A stretch of 55,609 nucleotides of DNA from the NCBI GenBank assembly GCA_031402135.1, contig JANNSC010000095.1, positions 1 to 55,609 of the forward strand, read 5' to 3'. The notes under the pieces are model-generated. The model searched no databases and had not been told where the DNA came from. It saw only the letters and a program-made list of their open reading frames with translations. Shown one piece after another: positions 27,419 to 35,628 of the stretch. This stretch comes from Gemmatimonadales bacterium. Lineage in GTDB: Bacteria > Gemmatimonadota > Gemmatimonadetes > Gemmatimonadales > GWC2-71-9. How positions within the stretch are numbered: the first letter of the stretch is position 1; every line of letters begins with the position of its first letter. The translations under genes were made by a program, and so were the position numbers.

Positions 27419-27610
27419 TCAGAGCGCGATAGCCAGCGGGAAAAGCACGCAATAGCCGACCACCAGCAGGACCGCCGCAACGCTGGCCATTCCGCTGTAC
27501 AGCGTGGCATACCCCGCCACCAAGCAGGCGGTGGCGGCGACCAGAACGACGATGTTTCGGCGCCGCAGAAGTCTCTGGCGGCCCCCGGGTTGCGTTTCGG
27601 CTGTTGCCAT
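27419..27610 (-). CDS. small two-TM membrane protein (63 aa), hypothetical
   Basis: MATAETQPGGRQRLLRRRNIVVLVAATACLVAGYATLYSGMASVAAVLLVVGYCVLFPLAIAL: a basic N-terminus followed by two hydrophobic helices. It begins 13 nt after the upstream gene's stop. Confidence 0.5.
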   Translation of the reverse strand: MATAETQPGGRQRLLRRRNIVVLVAATACLVAGYATLYSGMASVAAVLLVVGYCVLFPLAIAL

Positions 27611-27623
27611 AAGGCCATGCAAA

Positions 27624-28604
27624 TTAAGGCGCTGGACCAGCTTCATCAAGCGGGAGTTCGGCCTCGTCGTCCGGCTCGACAATCCAGCCCTGGTCGAGCG
27701 CTTTCCGCCGGGGCAGCTCCCGCCGTCGTTTGGCCCAAGCGGCCCAGATTACCACCGAGCCGGCCGCCAGCCAGAAGCCCCCAGCCAGCCCCCAGGTCAC
27801 CAGTCCAAATCGTCGGCGGACGTCCTTCTGCCACTCTTCCTCGAACCGGCTCAGAGTCCATCCTGTCGATGCCAAAACCGCCTCGGAAAAGCCCTGGCCA
27901 CCACGCAGCCGGTCGAGCAGCGGAACCAGGGAGCGTTGGGGGTGGCGCCGGGCCAGCATGGTGACCGCAGATGCCGCCAGCCCGTATGCAGTTTCGGCGG
28001 TCAACTGACTGCCGCGCAGCGCCCGATCGAGTTCAAAGAAGCCCGGCACCTTGCCCCGGGCCACGCTCAAGTCGAGCCGAAGCTTGTCGAAGCGACTCCA
28101 TTCCCCCGCCGCCACCGAAGCGTACCCCTCGTTGAACCACAGGGGCACCCTCCCCGGCACGGCATCGTGCAAGGCGAAGTGGGCGAGCTCGTGGGAGAGG
28201 ATCTGCTGAGGATTGCCGGCATCGGCCCGAATCACGATGGTGCGGACTCCCGGCAGCGCGAATCCGGCGCCCCACGAGGGGGCCCGGCCCCCCATTACCG
28301 AATCGAGCCGGGCGCCACCTCGCAGCACAATCAGTTGGAGCGGACCGGGACTGCTCCGGCCGAGGCCATACCACGCTCGGGGTGCCCCGGCCGCCTCCGC
28401 AAGCGCAATAGCCAGATTCACGTCGGCCGGCCGCGCAACTGCCCGGACCGAGCCCACCTGCACCTCCTGAAATCCCTGGAGGAGGAGCAGACTCAGCCAG
28501 AGCCGGTGCGCGGAACCTCCTCGCCCCGAGCGGTGCGCTCGAGCAGCTCCTGGCAGCGCTGGGCCCAGGGTGAAAATTTTCCTGCCGCCGCCCCCTGTTC
28601 CCAA
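27624..28604 (-). CDS. peptidase MA-like zinc metalloprotease with C-terminal TM anchor
   Basis: HELAHFALHD (HExxH) plus a downstream WFNEGYAS glutamate, and a C-terminal TM GLAGGFWLAAGSVVIWAAWAKRRR. The start is ambiguous. ATG 28604 overlaps the upstream gene by 112 nt. The alternative GTG at 28455..28457 is preceded by AGGAGG but loses the hydrophobic LWLSLLLL segment. Confidence 0.65.
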   Translation of the reverse strand: MGTGGGGRKIFTLGPALPGAARAHRSGRGGSAHRLWLSLLLLQGFQEVQVGSVRAVARPADVNLAIALAEAAGAPRAWYGLGRSSPGPLQLIVLRGGARLDSVMGGRAPSWGAGFALPGVRTIVIRADAGNPQQILSHELAHFALHDAVPGRVPLWFNEGYASVAAGEWSRFDKLRLDLSVARGKVPGFFELDRALRGSQLTAETAYGLAASAVTMLARRHPQRSLVPLLDRLRGGQGFSEAVLASTGWTLSRFEEEWQKDVRRRFGLVTWGLAGGFWLAAGSVVIWAAWAKRRRELPRRKALDQGWIVEPDDEAELPLDEAGPAP

Positions 28605-29365
28605 CTGGCTCGCGCTTTGGGCTGCTCCCCGGCAAACCAGTGGGCCCGCCCGAGGTCGTAGTAGGCCTCGATCAGATTGGGACCGAGCGCCAGCGCCTTC
28701 CGAAGAAAAGACTCGGCGTCGGCCATCATGCCGCGTTCCAGATACACCAGGCCGAGGTAGTAGTGGGCGTACAGTGTTGCCTTGGGGTCGTTGTCCATCC
28801 GGATGACCCGGGAGAGATGCTCGATCGCTTCGCCGAAAATCATTTTCTTGAGGCAGATGTACCCGACGTTGACCCGGGCGAGAGCGTTGGCCGGTTCGGT
28901 CATCAGGACCCGGGAGAACGTCGCCAGGGCATCATCGAAGGCTTCCATGAGCATCTGGGCCCAGCCCAGCAGGGAGAGGGCCTGGGGGTCTCCGGGGGCA
29001 AGTTCGAGAGCCCGCTGCAGCGCCTGGGTGGCGCCGGCCGGATCGCCCAGCGAGATCAGGCTCCAGCCCTTCTCGATGTAGGTCGAGGCGCCCAGGTGAT
29101 CCCGGTGCAATTGCGGCGTCTCCGGTGCGCGCGCGGCGCCGGCGTCGGCGCTGGCTTCCTTGTAGCGGGTTACCAGTCCCCGGATGTCCTCCTTGAGCTG
29201 GGCAAACTCACCCAGCGCCCCATCCACCCGCTTGAAAAGTCCCACGATTCGCCGCTTGACGTCCTCCCGCTCGGTCCCGGCGGCACCGCCGTCGAGGGCC
29301 GCGCCGATGGCGTGGAATTCCTCCCGGAGGCCTTCCAGCAGCAGAGGAGGACGCGGATCGGTCAC
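28493..29365 (-). CDS. TPR repeat protein (290 aa)
   Basis: TPR units such as AGATQALQRALELAPGDPQALSLLGWAQ, ANALARVNVGYICLKKMIFGEAIEHLSRVIRMD and AHYYLGLVYLERGMMADAESFLRKALALGPN. GTG start in a GTGA overlap with the cheD stop. Confidence 0.8.
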   Translation of the reverse strand: MTDPRPPLLLEGLREEFHAIGAALDGGAAGTEREDVKRRIVGLFKRVDGALGEFAQLKEDIRGLVTRYKEASADAGAARAPETPQLHRDHLGASTYIEKGWSLISLGDPAGATQALQRALELAPGDPQALSLLGWAQMLMEAFDDALATFSRVLMTEPANALARVNVGYICLKKMIFGEAIEHLSRVIRMDNDPKATLYAHYYLGLVYLERGMMADAESFLRKALALGPNLIEAYYDLGRAHWFAGEQPKARASWEQGAAAGKFSPWAQRCQELLERTARGEEVPRTGSG

Positions 29366-29853
29366 AGCTCCACCGAGCCGTGCTGGTAGGAGCTCACCAC
29401 CACTCGGCCGGTTTCCACGTTGAAGTCCACGGAACGGCCATAGTCCCCGCCCACCACCTCGCCAACGGTGCGGATGCCCTGGCGGTGGAGCGCCTCGCGC
29501 ACCGCGTGGACGTTGCGTTCGCCCATCTGGATGGTGCCGGCGGGTTGCAATGCGGAGAACATGCTGGCCCCACCGACCAGACGCGCGGTGAGCCGGGGCT
29601 GCTGCGCCCCCAGCGCGAGCAGCAGTTCGGTCAGCGCGGGGATGGCCGTGGGTGCGTAGCGCCCCGGCGTGTCAGGACGGGCCCGCCCGACGCTCCCTGA
29701 CGGCAGCAGCACATGGGCCAGGCCTCCAACCTTGGCGACCTGGTCGTACAGGATCACCGCGACGCAGCTTCCCAGGGCCAGTGCCGTGAGCGTGGCCGGC
29801 GCACTGGCGACCTCCATTTCGGCGATTCCGATGATTCGGCGCGGGGCGGTCAC
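29362..29853 (-). CDS. cheD: chemoreceptor glutamine deamidase CheD
   Basis: GTG start (29851..29853) in a GTGA overlap with the cheR stop. ALGSCVAVILYD (catalytic Cys), GGLAHVLLP (His), GERNV; 163 aa. The longer track ORF is rejected. Confidence 0.88.
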   Translation of the reverse strand: MTAPRRIIGIAEMEVASAPATLTALALGSCVAVILYDQVAKVGGLAHVLLPSGSVGRARPDTPGRYAPTAIPALTELLLALGAQQPRLTARLVGGASMFSALQPAGTIQMGERNVHAVREALHRQGIRTVGEVVGGDYGRSVDFNVETGRVVVSSYQHGSVEL

Positions 29854-30665
29854 GACGCCCTCCGGTAAATGCGATGAGTGACATCGACCGGGGTCAGCCC
29901 GGCATCGGGAAACGCCAGCAGCGATTCCGTCCGGCCGAGCATCAGGAGCCCGTTTTCCGCCAGCGCACCGCAGGCCGCCTGGAGCACTCGGCGCTGCCCC
30001 TCGGGGCCAAGAAATATGAGCAGGTTGCGACAACAGACCAGATCGCACCGGTCGGGGGACACTGCGCCGGCGGTGAGATCTTCATGGCAAAAAGTGACTC
30101 GCTCGCGGGCGGCGGATCCCACCACGAAGTGTCCATCTTCCACGGTTCCGTAGGGCTCCGACACCACGGCCGTGATTGCGGCCGCCGCGCCCGGCGCATA
30201 GCGACCGGCGATTGCCGCCGTCAACCCCTGGGAGTCCACGTCGGAAGCGAACACCCGGATATTGGCAGCCGGCGGAACTCCCAGCTGTCGGGAAAGGTCG
30301 AGCAGCAGCATGGCCAGGGACCACGCCTCTTCGCCGGTGGCGCAGCCCATGCTCCAGGCGGAGATCTGTCCTGCCTGCCCGCATCGCTGGCGCAGCAGGT
30401 GGGCCTGGAGGCACTGCCAGCTGTCGGGGTTCCGAAAGAACTCGGTGACCCGCACCGAGAGGGTGTGCAGCAGCTGGTCCACTTCGGCCGGGTCATCGGC
30501 AAGCATTCCGGCATAGACGAGGAGAGAGTCGGTTCCCCGGGCCCGCATCCGCACCTCCACCCGGCGCAGGAGGCAATTTTCCTTGTACCACTCGAACCCG
30601 CCGGCGCCGTGCAGCGCCAGCTCCTTGATGACCACCGAGAGCCCATACTCATCTTTCAGGGTCAT
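29850..30665 (-). CDS. cheR: chemotaxis protein methyltransferase CheR
   Basis: Start MTLKDEYGL (ATGA overlap with the upstream stop). VTEFFRNPDSW, AWSMGCATGEEAWSLAMLL (SAM-binding), CRNLLIFL. Confidence 0.88.
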   Translation of the reverse strand: MTLKDEYGLSVVIKELALHGAGGFEWYKENCLLRRVEVRMRARGTDSLLVYAGMLADDPAEVDQLLHTLSVRVTEFFRNPDSWQCLQAHLLRQRCGQAGQISAWSMGCATGEEAWSLAMLLLDLSRQLGVPPAANIRVFASDVDSQGLTAAIAGRYAPGAAAAITAVVSEPYGTVEDGHFVVGSAARERVTFCHEDLTAGAVSPDRCDLVCCRNLLIFLGPEGQRRVLQAACGALAENGLLMLGRTESLLAFPDAGLTPVDVTHRIYRRAS

Positions 30666-32278
30666 GGCGACAACGGCAGAGTGTCGAGGTTGGCCCGGGC
30701 CAGTTGATGCCCCGGATTGAGCGCCAAGGCGCGGTCCCAGCATTCCCGGGCCCGGGCAGTGTCGCGCTGACGAAAGGCAAGATTGCCAAGCTTGAAGAAG
30801 AGATCGTCTCCCAGGCAGGGGTCGAGGGCAGCAGCGCGCTGGTAGAGACTCACCGCCTCGTCATAGCGGCCGGAGCGATAGCAGAGATCGCCAAGGTTCT
30901 TGAACGCCTGGGGAAGCGAGGCGTCGGTGGCCAGAACTTCCCGGAGCAGCACCTCCGCCTCGGCGATGGCCCCGGTGGCCTCGAGCAGCACCGCGTAATT
31001 GTTGCGCAGGACGACGTCGTGGGGATGGTGCTCGCTGCCCTCGCGTCCCAGCGCAAGCGCGCTGTCCAGATCCTCGGTGCCGGCGGCGGCACGCATTGCG
31101 GCCCAGTACCAGAGGGCAGGCGGAGTCTCCCGAATCATTTCCCGGGCCCGCTGCAGGCGCTGCCGGGCCACCACCGGCTCGCCCCGCTTCAAGGCGAGAA
31201 TGCCCCAGCCGAGGTGGATCCGGCCATCATCCGGGGCCCGGCCAGCCGCCTCGGCCAGCGCCGTCTCGGCTTGCTCGAGCCTTCCCTGTTGCTGGAGCGC
31301 AATCCCCAGGTTGTGGAGCAGCGACGGGCGGGGTCCGCTGCGGTCGATAGCCTGGCGCAGCAGGTCGGTCGCCTCGGCCCACTGGCCCCGGCGGGCCGCA
31401 ATGAGACCGAGGTAGAAGGGCGCGGTGCCTTCGGAGGGCCGCAGTTCCGCCACTCGGCGAAACTCCCGCAGCGCCTCGTCGAGCATGTCGGTTCGGTAGA
31501 AAGCAATCCCGAGGTTGCGATGCTCCTCGAGCTGAGCATCGAGCAGGCGGGATGGCGCCGCCATGGCTGAGGTGCCGACCTTGTGGGCGAGTCCCGCGGT
31601 GACCAGGCCGTAGAGCGCCTGCCCGGCGTCGAATTCCACCAGCCCCGACTGGTCGATGACCTGGCGAACGTCACGCTGCCCATCGAGCAAGGGGAGGATG
31701 CGGCGCTGCGATTCGGTGAAATCCGCCTGATGCCCTTCGACCTGTCCGGGCAGCACCGCGAAAATGAGATCGAAACTGGTGATTTTTTTCTCGATCAGGC
31801 TCCACTCGTCAATGCGACGAGCGCCCTCCAGCAAGAGCGATTCCGGGTTGATGCGGTCGAACCGGTCCTCTCCCTCGGGCTGGACGCCGACCTCGAAGCT
31901 GAAGGTGCCGGTTTCCCAGGAGAAGAGCGAGTAGACCGCCTCCTCGATCTGCAGCCGGACCGAGCGGCGGAGTCCTTCGGGGCTGAGCACCCCAAGGGTC
32001 ACCAGCAGTTCTCCGATCCGGCGCCCCGGTGCGGTCTGCTGAAGCACCAGCGCCTGTTCCAGCTGAGGCCGGGTTATGGCACCGCTGGCCAGCAGCATGT
32101 CTCCCAACCGGTCGCGCCGGTTGACGATCGAGGCAGAGATGATCGCGCCTTCCTCAAACCAGATCGATCCGTGGCGCTGCCGGTCGGCGACCGAAAGGCA
32201 TCCGGTTCTTCGCCCCATGAAGAGGAGCTGGATGACGTCGGGGAGGCTGGCCTCGCGGAGACTGCCCTTGATGGCCAT
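30662..32278 (-). CDS. PATAN (DUF4388) domain - TPR repeat protein
   Basis: The N-terminus MAIKGSLREASLPDVIQLLFMGRRTGCLSV...GSIWFEEGAII is the DUF4388/PATAN signature. The C-terminal half has multiple TPR units. It is a paralog of 36416..37564 (shared LLLEGARRIDEWS block). Confidence 0.8.
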   Translation of the reverse strand: MAIKGSLREASLPDVIQLLFMGRRTGCLSVADRQRHGSIWFEEGAIISASIVNRRDRLGDMLLASGAITRPQLEQALVLQQTAPGRRIGELLVTLGVLSPEGLRRSVRLQIEEAVYSLFSWETGTFSFEVGVQPEGEDRFDRINPESLLLEGARRIDEWSLIEKKITSFDLIFAVLPGQVEGHQADFTESQRRILPLLDGQRDVRQVIDQSGLVEFDAGQALYGLVTAGLAHKVGTSAMAAPSRLLDAQLEEHRNLGIAFYRTDMLDEALREFRRVAELRPSEGTAPFYLGLIAARRGQWAEATDLLRQAIDRSGPRPSLLHNLGIALQQQGRLEQAETALAEAAGRAPDDGRIHLGWGILALKRGEPVVARQRLQRAREMIRETPPALWYWAAMRAAAGTEDLDSALALGREGSEHHPHDVVLRNNYAVLLEATGAIAEAEVLLREVLATDASLPQAFKNLGDLCYRSGRYDEAVSLYQRAAALDPCLGDDLFFKLGNLAFRQRDTARARECWDRALALNPGHQLARANLDTLPLSP

Positions 32279-34219
32279 CTACTTGAACTCCGCGATGAGG
32301 CGGTCCCGCATGACCGGCCACTCTTCCACGGTTTTTTCCGAGCTCCGCACCAGCCCCATCCCGGGTGACAAGATGCCGCTGGCTCGGCCGGCGCTGCTCT
32401 TGCGCTGTCCCCGGCCGGGCCCCAGGTCGAGGACCTCGAGGACTTCGCGGGCCAGGGCGGGGCTGGGCGTGACGCCCTGGGCGGCGGCTTCGCCCAGCAC
32501 CCGCTGGACGATGCCCTGGACCGCGCGGATCGAGTCGGCCGGCCGGGCTGCGAGGTAGTCCGCCAAGCCGGCATCGAGCTCGGCCAAGGTGCCGGCGAGG
32601 AGCCGCTTGATGACCGTCAGCCGCACCTCCCGATCGGGTGCGGGGAGTTCGACGACGAGCCCGCTCTCCAGGCGTACCAGGAGCCGAGGATCGATCACTT
32701 CCAGACTCTCCAGGGGGCGCAGGCTGGCGAAGACCATCTGCCGCCCGCCTTCCAGCAGCTCGTCCTGCAGCATCAGCAGTTCCATTTGCGCGTCGGTTTC
32801 GCCGGCCAGCAGGTGGAAATCATCCACCAGCAAGGCCCCCACCCAGCGATACCGGTGGCGCCAGGCGGCGCGCTGCACCGGCTCGGCGTGGGCCCGCACC
32901 TCGGCCGCAAAGGCATGGGCGCCAAGGCACGCGATGGGCGCGACACCTCGGGCGGCGAGGGCGTTGCCGAGCCCGTGGAGGAAGTGGCTCTTGCCCGCCC
33001 CGGCACCGCCGATGATGACCAGCGGGGAGTAGCGCTGACCCGGCTCATTGATGATGTCCCGGGCGGCCATCATGGGCAGCCGTATGCCGGGGCCCTCGGC
33101 GAAATCCTCGAAGCGATAACTGGCCAGCGGCGCAGTGAGTGGTGCCGTGCGGGAGCGGGCCTGCTCGACCAGCGCCCGGGCAGCGGCCACCTGATCGGGA
33201 TCCCGAAAGAGTTCCGCCCCGGCAAGATCAGGGGCGAGTTCCGCGGCCTCCAGGGCGAGGGCGAGGATTTCCCGCGCATCGGCGTCGTAGAGGGCGAGGA
33301 TCGGTTCCGGGTCGACCGGCGCTTCCCGCTGAAGCAGCTCCTCAAGACGCCGAGTTCGCAGCCCTTCCCCGCCCCATTTCAGGACGGCTTCCCCGATCCG
33401 GCGGCGCCAGCGATCGACTTGCTCCGAGAGACTGGCGGTGACCTCGGAGAGAAAGGCGCCAAATTCGTCTCCGGCATCGGCGGGCAAGGCAGGCGGCTGG
33501 AACGGCTCGGGCAACGGTGCCACCGGCGCGCCAATCAGGAGCAGCGCATCGCGAGCGGACAGCGGAACAGCGCTGGCTTCCTGAAACGCGAGGAGCCGCG
33601 CCAAGGCGCCGGTGTAGTCCCGCATGGAGGGAAACTCCGCCTCGGCGATGGCGCGGACCGCTTCGCTGGGCAGTACCGTGGTCGATCCGGTGAGGCGCTG
33701 ACGGAGGATTGCCAACCGAGTGGCCGGTCCCGGGAGCGTCAGCGTGACGGTGGTTCCTTCCGACAGCCGGCGCACCAGCCGGGCATCGAGGCCGGAGAGC
33801 TGGTCGACCGGCACGGTCACGGCGATCACCACTTCCCGGCCGGCACCCCGCCGGGCATCCACCAAATCGGCCACCAGTCCCTGGCAGTCGCGGTGCCGAG
33901 CCAGCGTTTCGAGATCATCCAGCAGCACCAGATCGGCCCCGAACAGCTCACCCCGAAAGCGTTCACCCCGGGCAACCAGGAGCGCGGAGCGATAGCGCTG
34001 GGCCAGCGTGTCAGGGTCGAGCACCTCGAGGGTCGCGCTGGGATGATGGGTCCGGACCCGGGAGGCAATGGCCTGGAGAAGTTCGGTCTTGCCGCTCCCC
34101 GGCGCGCCCACCACCACCAGCGGCGCGTAGGGAACCCCGCTGGCGTCCGCCACCGCCCGGGCCGCCGCGGCGGCGGGGCGGTTGGCCGGGTCGAGAACGA
34201 AGGTCTCGAAGTCGGTCAC
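32279..34219 (-). CDS. tandem DnaA-domain-III-like (Hda-like) AAA+ ATPase, two modules, no DNA-binding domain IV
   Basis: Module 1: FETFVLDPANRPAAAAARAVA...PLVVVGAPGSGKTELLQAI (Walker A), LVLLDDLETL (Walker B), RLVRRLSEG (box VII Arg), SMRDYTGAL (sensor 2). Module 2: FEDFAEGPGIRLPMMAARDII...PLVIIGGAGAGKSHFLHGL, LLVDDFHLL, RLLVRLESG, SIRAVQGIV. Each is colinear with E. coli DnaA TFDNFV...GGTGLGKTHLLHA...LLIDDIQF...RLKSRF...VRELEGAL. GTG start in a GTGA overlap with the mglA stop. Confidence 0.75.
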   Translation of the reverse strand: MTDFETFVLDPANRPAAAAARAVADASGVPYAPLVVVGAPGSGKTELLQAIASRVRTHHPSATLEVLDPDTLAQRYRSALLVARGERFRGELFGADLVLLDDLETLARHRDCQGLVADLVDARRGAGREVVIAVTVPVDQLSGLDARLVRRLSEGTTVTLTLPGPATRLAILRQRLTGSTTVLPSEAVRAIAEAEFPSMRDYTGALARLLAFQEASAVPLSARDALLLIGAPVAPLPEPFQPPALPADAGDEFGAFLSEVTASLSEQVDRWRRRIGEAVLKWGGEGLRTRRLEELLQREAPVDPEPILALYDADAREILALALEAAELAPDLAGAELFRDPDQVAAARALVEQARSRTAPLTAPLASYRFEDFAEGPGIRLPMMAARDIINEPGQRYSPLVIIGGAGAGKSHFLHGLGNALAARGVAPIACLGAHAFAAEVRAHAEPVQRAAWRHRYRWVGALLVDDFHLLAGETDAQMELLMLQDELLEGGRQMVFASLRPLESLEVIDPRLLVRLESGLVVELPAPDREVRLTVIKRLLAGTLAELDAGLADYLAARPADSIRAVQGIVQRVLGEAAAQGVTPSPALAREVLEVLDLGPGRGQRKSSAGRASGILSPGMGLVRSSEKTVEEWPVMRDRLIAEFK

Positions 34220-34818
34220 GGAGCCGGGGGCCGTGCCGCGAGGCGCTGCAGCACCAGGCTGGACAGCGCCTTCAGGGTTTCAAACACGCCACTCCCGTGC
34301 AGCGCGTCGGAGGGAAAACTGGGCACCCCGCGAAAATTAAAGGCGTCATCGAGTTCGCTGGGCGCCAGGATCAGGTCGGTGGGAAGGTCCTGTTTGTTGT
34401 ATTGGAGGACGAGAGGAAGCTGCCGAATGTCCACGCCTTGCTCCAGCAAGTTTTCCTGGAGGTCTCGAAAGCTCTCGAGATTATCGTCGAATCGCCGGGC
34501 CTGACTGTCGGCGACGAAGACGACGCCATCAGCGCCCTGCAGCACCAGTCGGCGGGTGGCATTGTAATAGACTTGTCCCGGCACGGTATAGAGTTGAAAC
34601 CGCGTGGTATAGCCGGAAATGATGCCGAGTTCGAGCGGCAGAAAATCAAAGAACAGGGTTCGGTCCGATTGGGTGGCCAGCGACACCATGTTCCCCCGCC
34701 GATCCTCCGGCACCCGACCATGGATATAGAGCAGATTGGTGGTCTTTCCGCACCGCCCGGGTCCGTAGAAGACCAGTTTGCAGGTGATTTCACGGCTGGT
34801 GAAGTTTACCAGAGGCAT
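34216..34818 (-). CDS. mglA: Ras-like polarity GTPase MglA
   Basis: 200 aa, MPLVNFTSREITCKLVFYGPGRCGKTTNLLYIH...SDRTLFFDFLPLELG...RFQLYTVPGQVYY...VLQYNKQDL. It is near-colinear with Myxococcus MglA ([32 protein letters not shown]...TDRTLFFDFLP...TVPGQV...NKRDL). The track's 312-aa extension is rejected. Confidence 0.92.
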   Translation of the reverse strand: MPLVNFTSREITCKLVFYGPGRCGKTTNLLYIHGRVPEDRRGNMVSLATQSDRTLFFDFLPLELGIISGYTTRFQLYTVPGQVYYNATRRLVLQGADGVVFVADSQARRFDDNLESFRDLQENLLEQGVDIRQLPLVLQYNKQDLPTDLILAPSELDDAFNFRGVPSFPSDALHGSGVFETLKALSSLVLQRLAARPPAP

Positions 34819-34822
34819 CAGG

Positions 34823-35284
34823 TCACCGTCCGAACAGCGCGCGAAGGCTGCTGTTGAGTTCGTCCTCGAAATTTTCCGCCAACACCTGCCGGGCCGGCTC
34901 GGCGGCCGGCGCAGCGCGCTCGAGGTCCTGGGTGAGGCGAGCGAAAAAGAGCTGGACCAGGCCGAGGGAGGTTTCCGCTCCGAAAACGACGAGACCGATC
35001 CAGCGGCCTCTCGGGGTGGAGAACGCGGCGAGGTAGAGGCCCAGCCCGGTTCCCTGATGGACCACCGCATCCAGCGGTCGGCTGCCCATGACGCGGGCCA
35101 ACTCGGCGGTTGCGGCCATGATGCCGGCTCCCAGCGCAGCGGCGGACATGACATCGAGCGAACGAGTGAAGCCGTGCTGCGCCACGACCTGGCCCGACGC
35201 GGTCATCAGCAGCGTGACCCGGGCCGCCGATTCGCCGAGGAACTCGGTCAGCGGCCGCTCCACCCACGGCTCGATGGCGCGCAT
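34823..35284 (-). CDS. mglB: Roadblock/LC7 domain protein, MglB-like GAP
   Basis: 153 aa. VTLLMTASGQVVAQHG...AALGAGIMAATAELARVMG...LVVFGAETSLGLVQLFFARLTQDL parallels MglB VVFLVDKNGQLISSAG...VIFDNRTSLGLVRLRIKKASDEL. It lies immediately upstream of mglA. Confidence 0.85.
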   Translation of the reverse strand: MRAIEPWVERPLTEFLGESAARVTLLMTASGQVVAQHGFTRSLDVMSAAALGAGIMAATAELARVMGSRPLDAVVHQGTGLGLYLAAFSTPRGRWIGLVVFGAETSLGLVQLFFARLTQDLERAAPAAEPARQVLAENFEDELNSSLRALFGR

Positions 35285-35628
35285 CAGGCGGATTGCTCCG
35301 CAGCCGCGAGCAGGCCGAGTCGGAGCTCACCGGCGTTGACGTCCGCCGCCGCGATGGCCACGACCAGCAAACCGCCCGGGGCGGGCGCCACCAGGAGTGC
35401 CCCCTCACTGCCGGTGAGCTGGACCAGCACCCCCTCCGGGTGACCCAGTGCCGCCGTCATGCCGCCGATTCGTTGGGTGAGGCTGGCGGCGAGCGCGGCC
35501 ACCGCTGCTCCATCCAGACTGTCCATGAGCGCCTCGGCCACCACCAGTCCGTCCTCGCGGGAAACCAGCAGGGCGCCACGGACGCCGGCAATGCGGGTCA
35601 GGGTGTCGAGCGTATCGGTCAGGCTCAC
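35284..35628 (-). CDS. Roadblock/LC7 domain protein (second paralog, MglC-like position)
   Basis: 114 aa. LTRIAGVRGALLVSREDGLVVAEAL...AAVAALAASLTQRIGGM...LLVAPAPGGLLVVAIAAADVNAGELRLGL shows a typical Roadblock fold pattern. GTG start in a GTGA overlap. Confidence 0.75.
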   Translation of the reverse strand: MSLTDTLDTLTRIAGVRGALLVSREDGLVVAEALMDSLDGAAVAALAASLTQRIGGMTAALGHPEGVLVQLTGSEGALLVAPAPGGLLVVAIAAADVNAGELRLGLLAAAEQSA

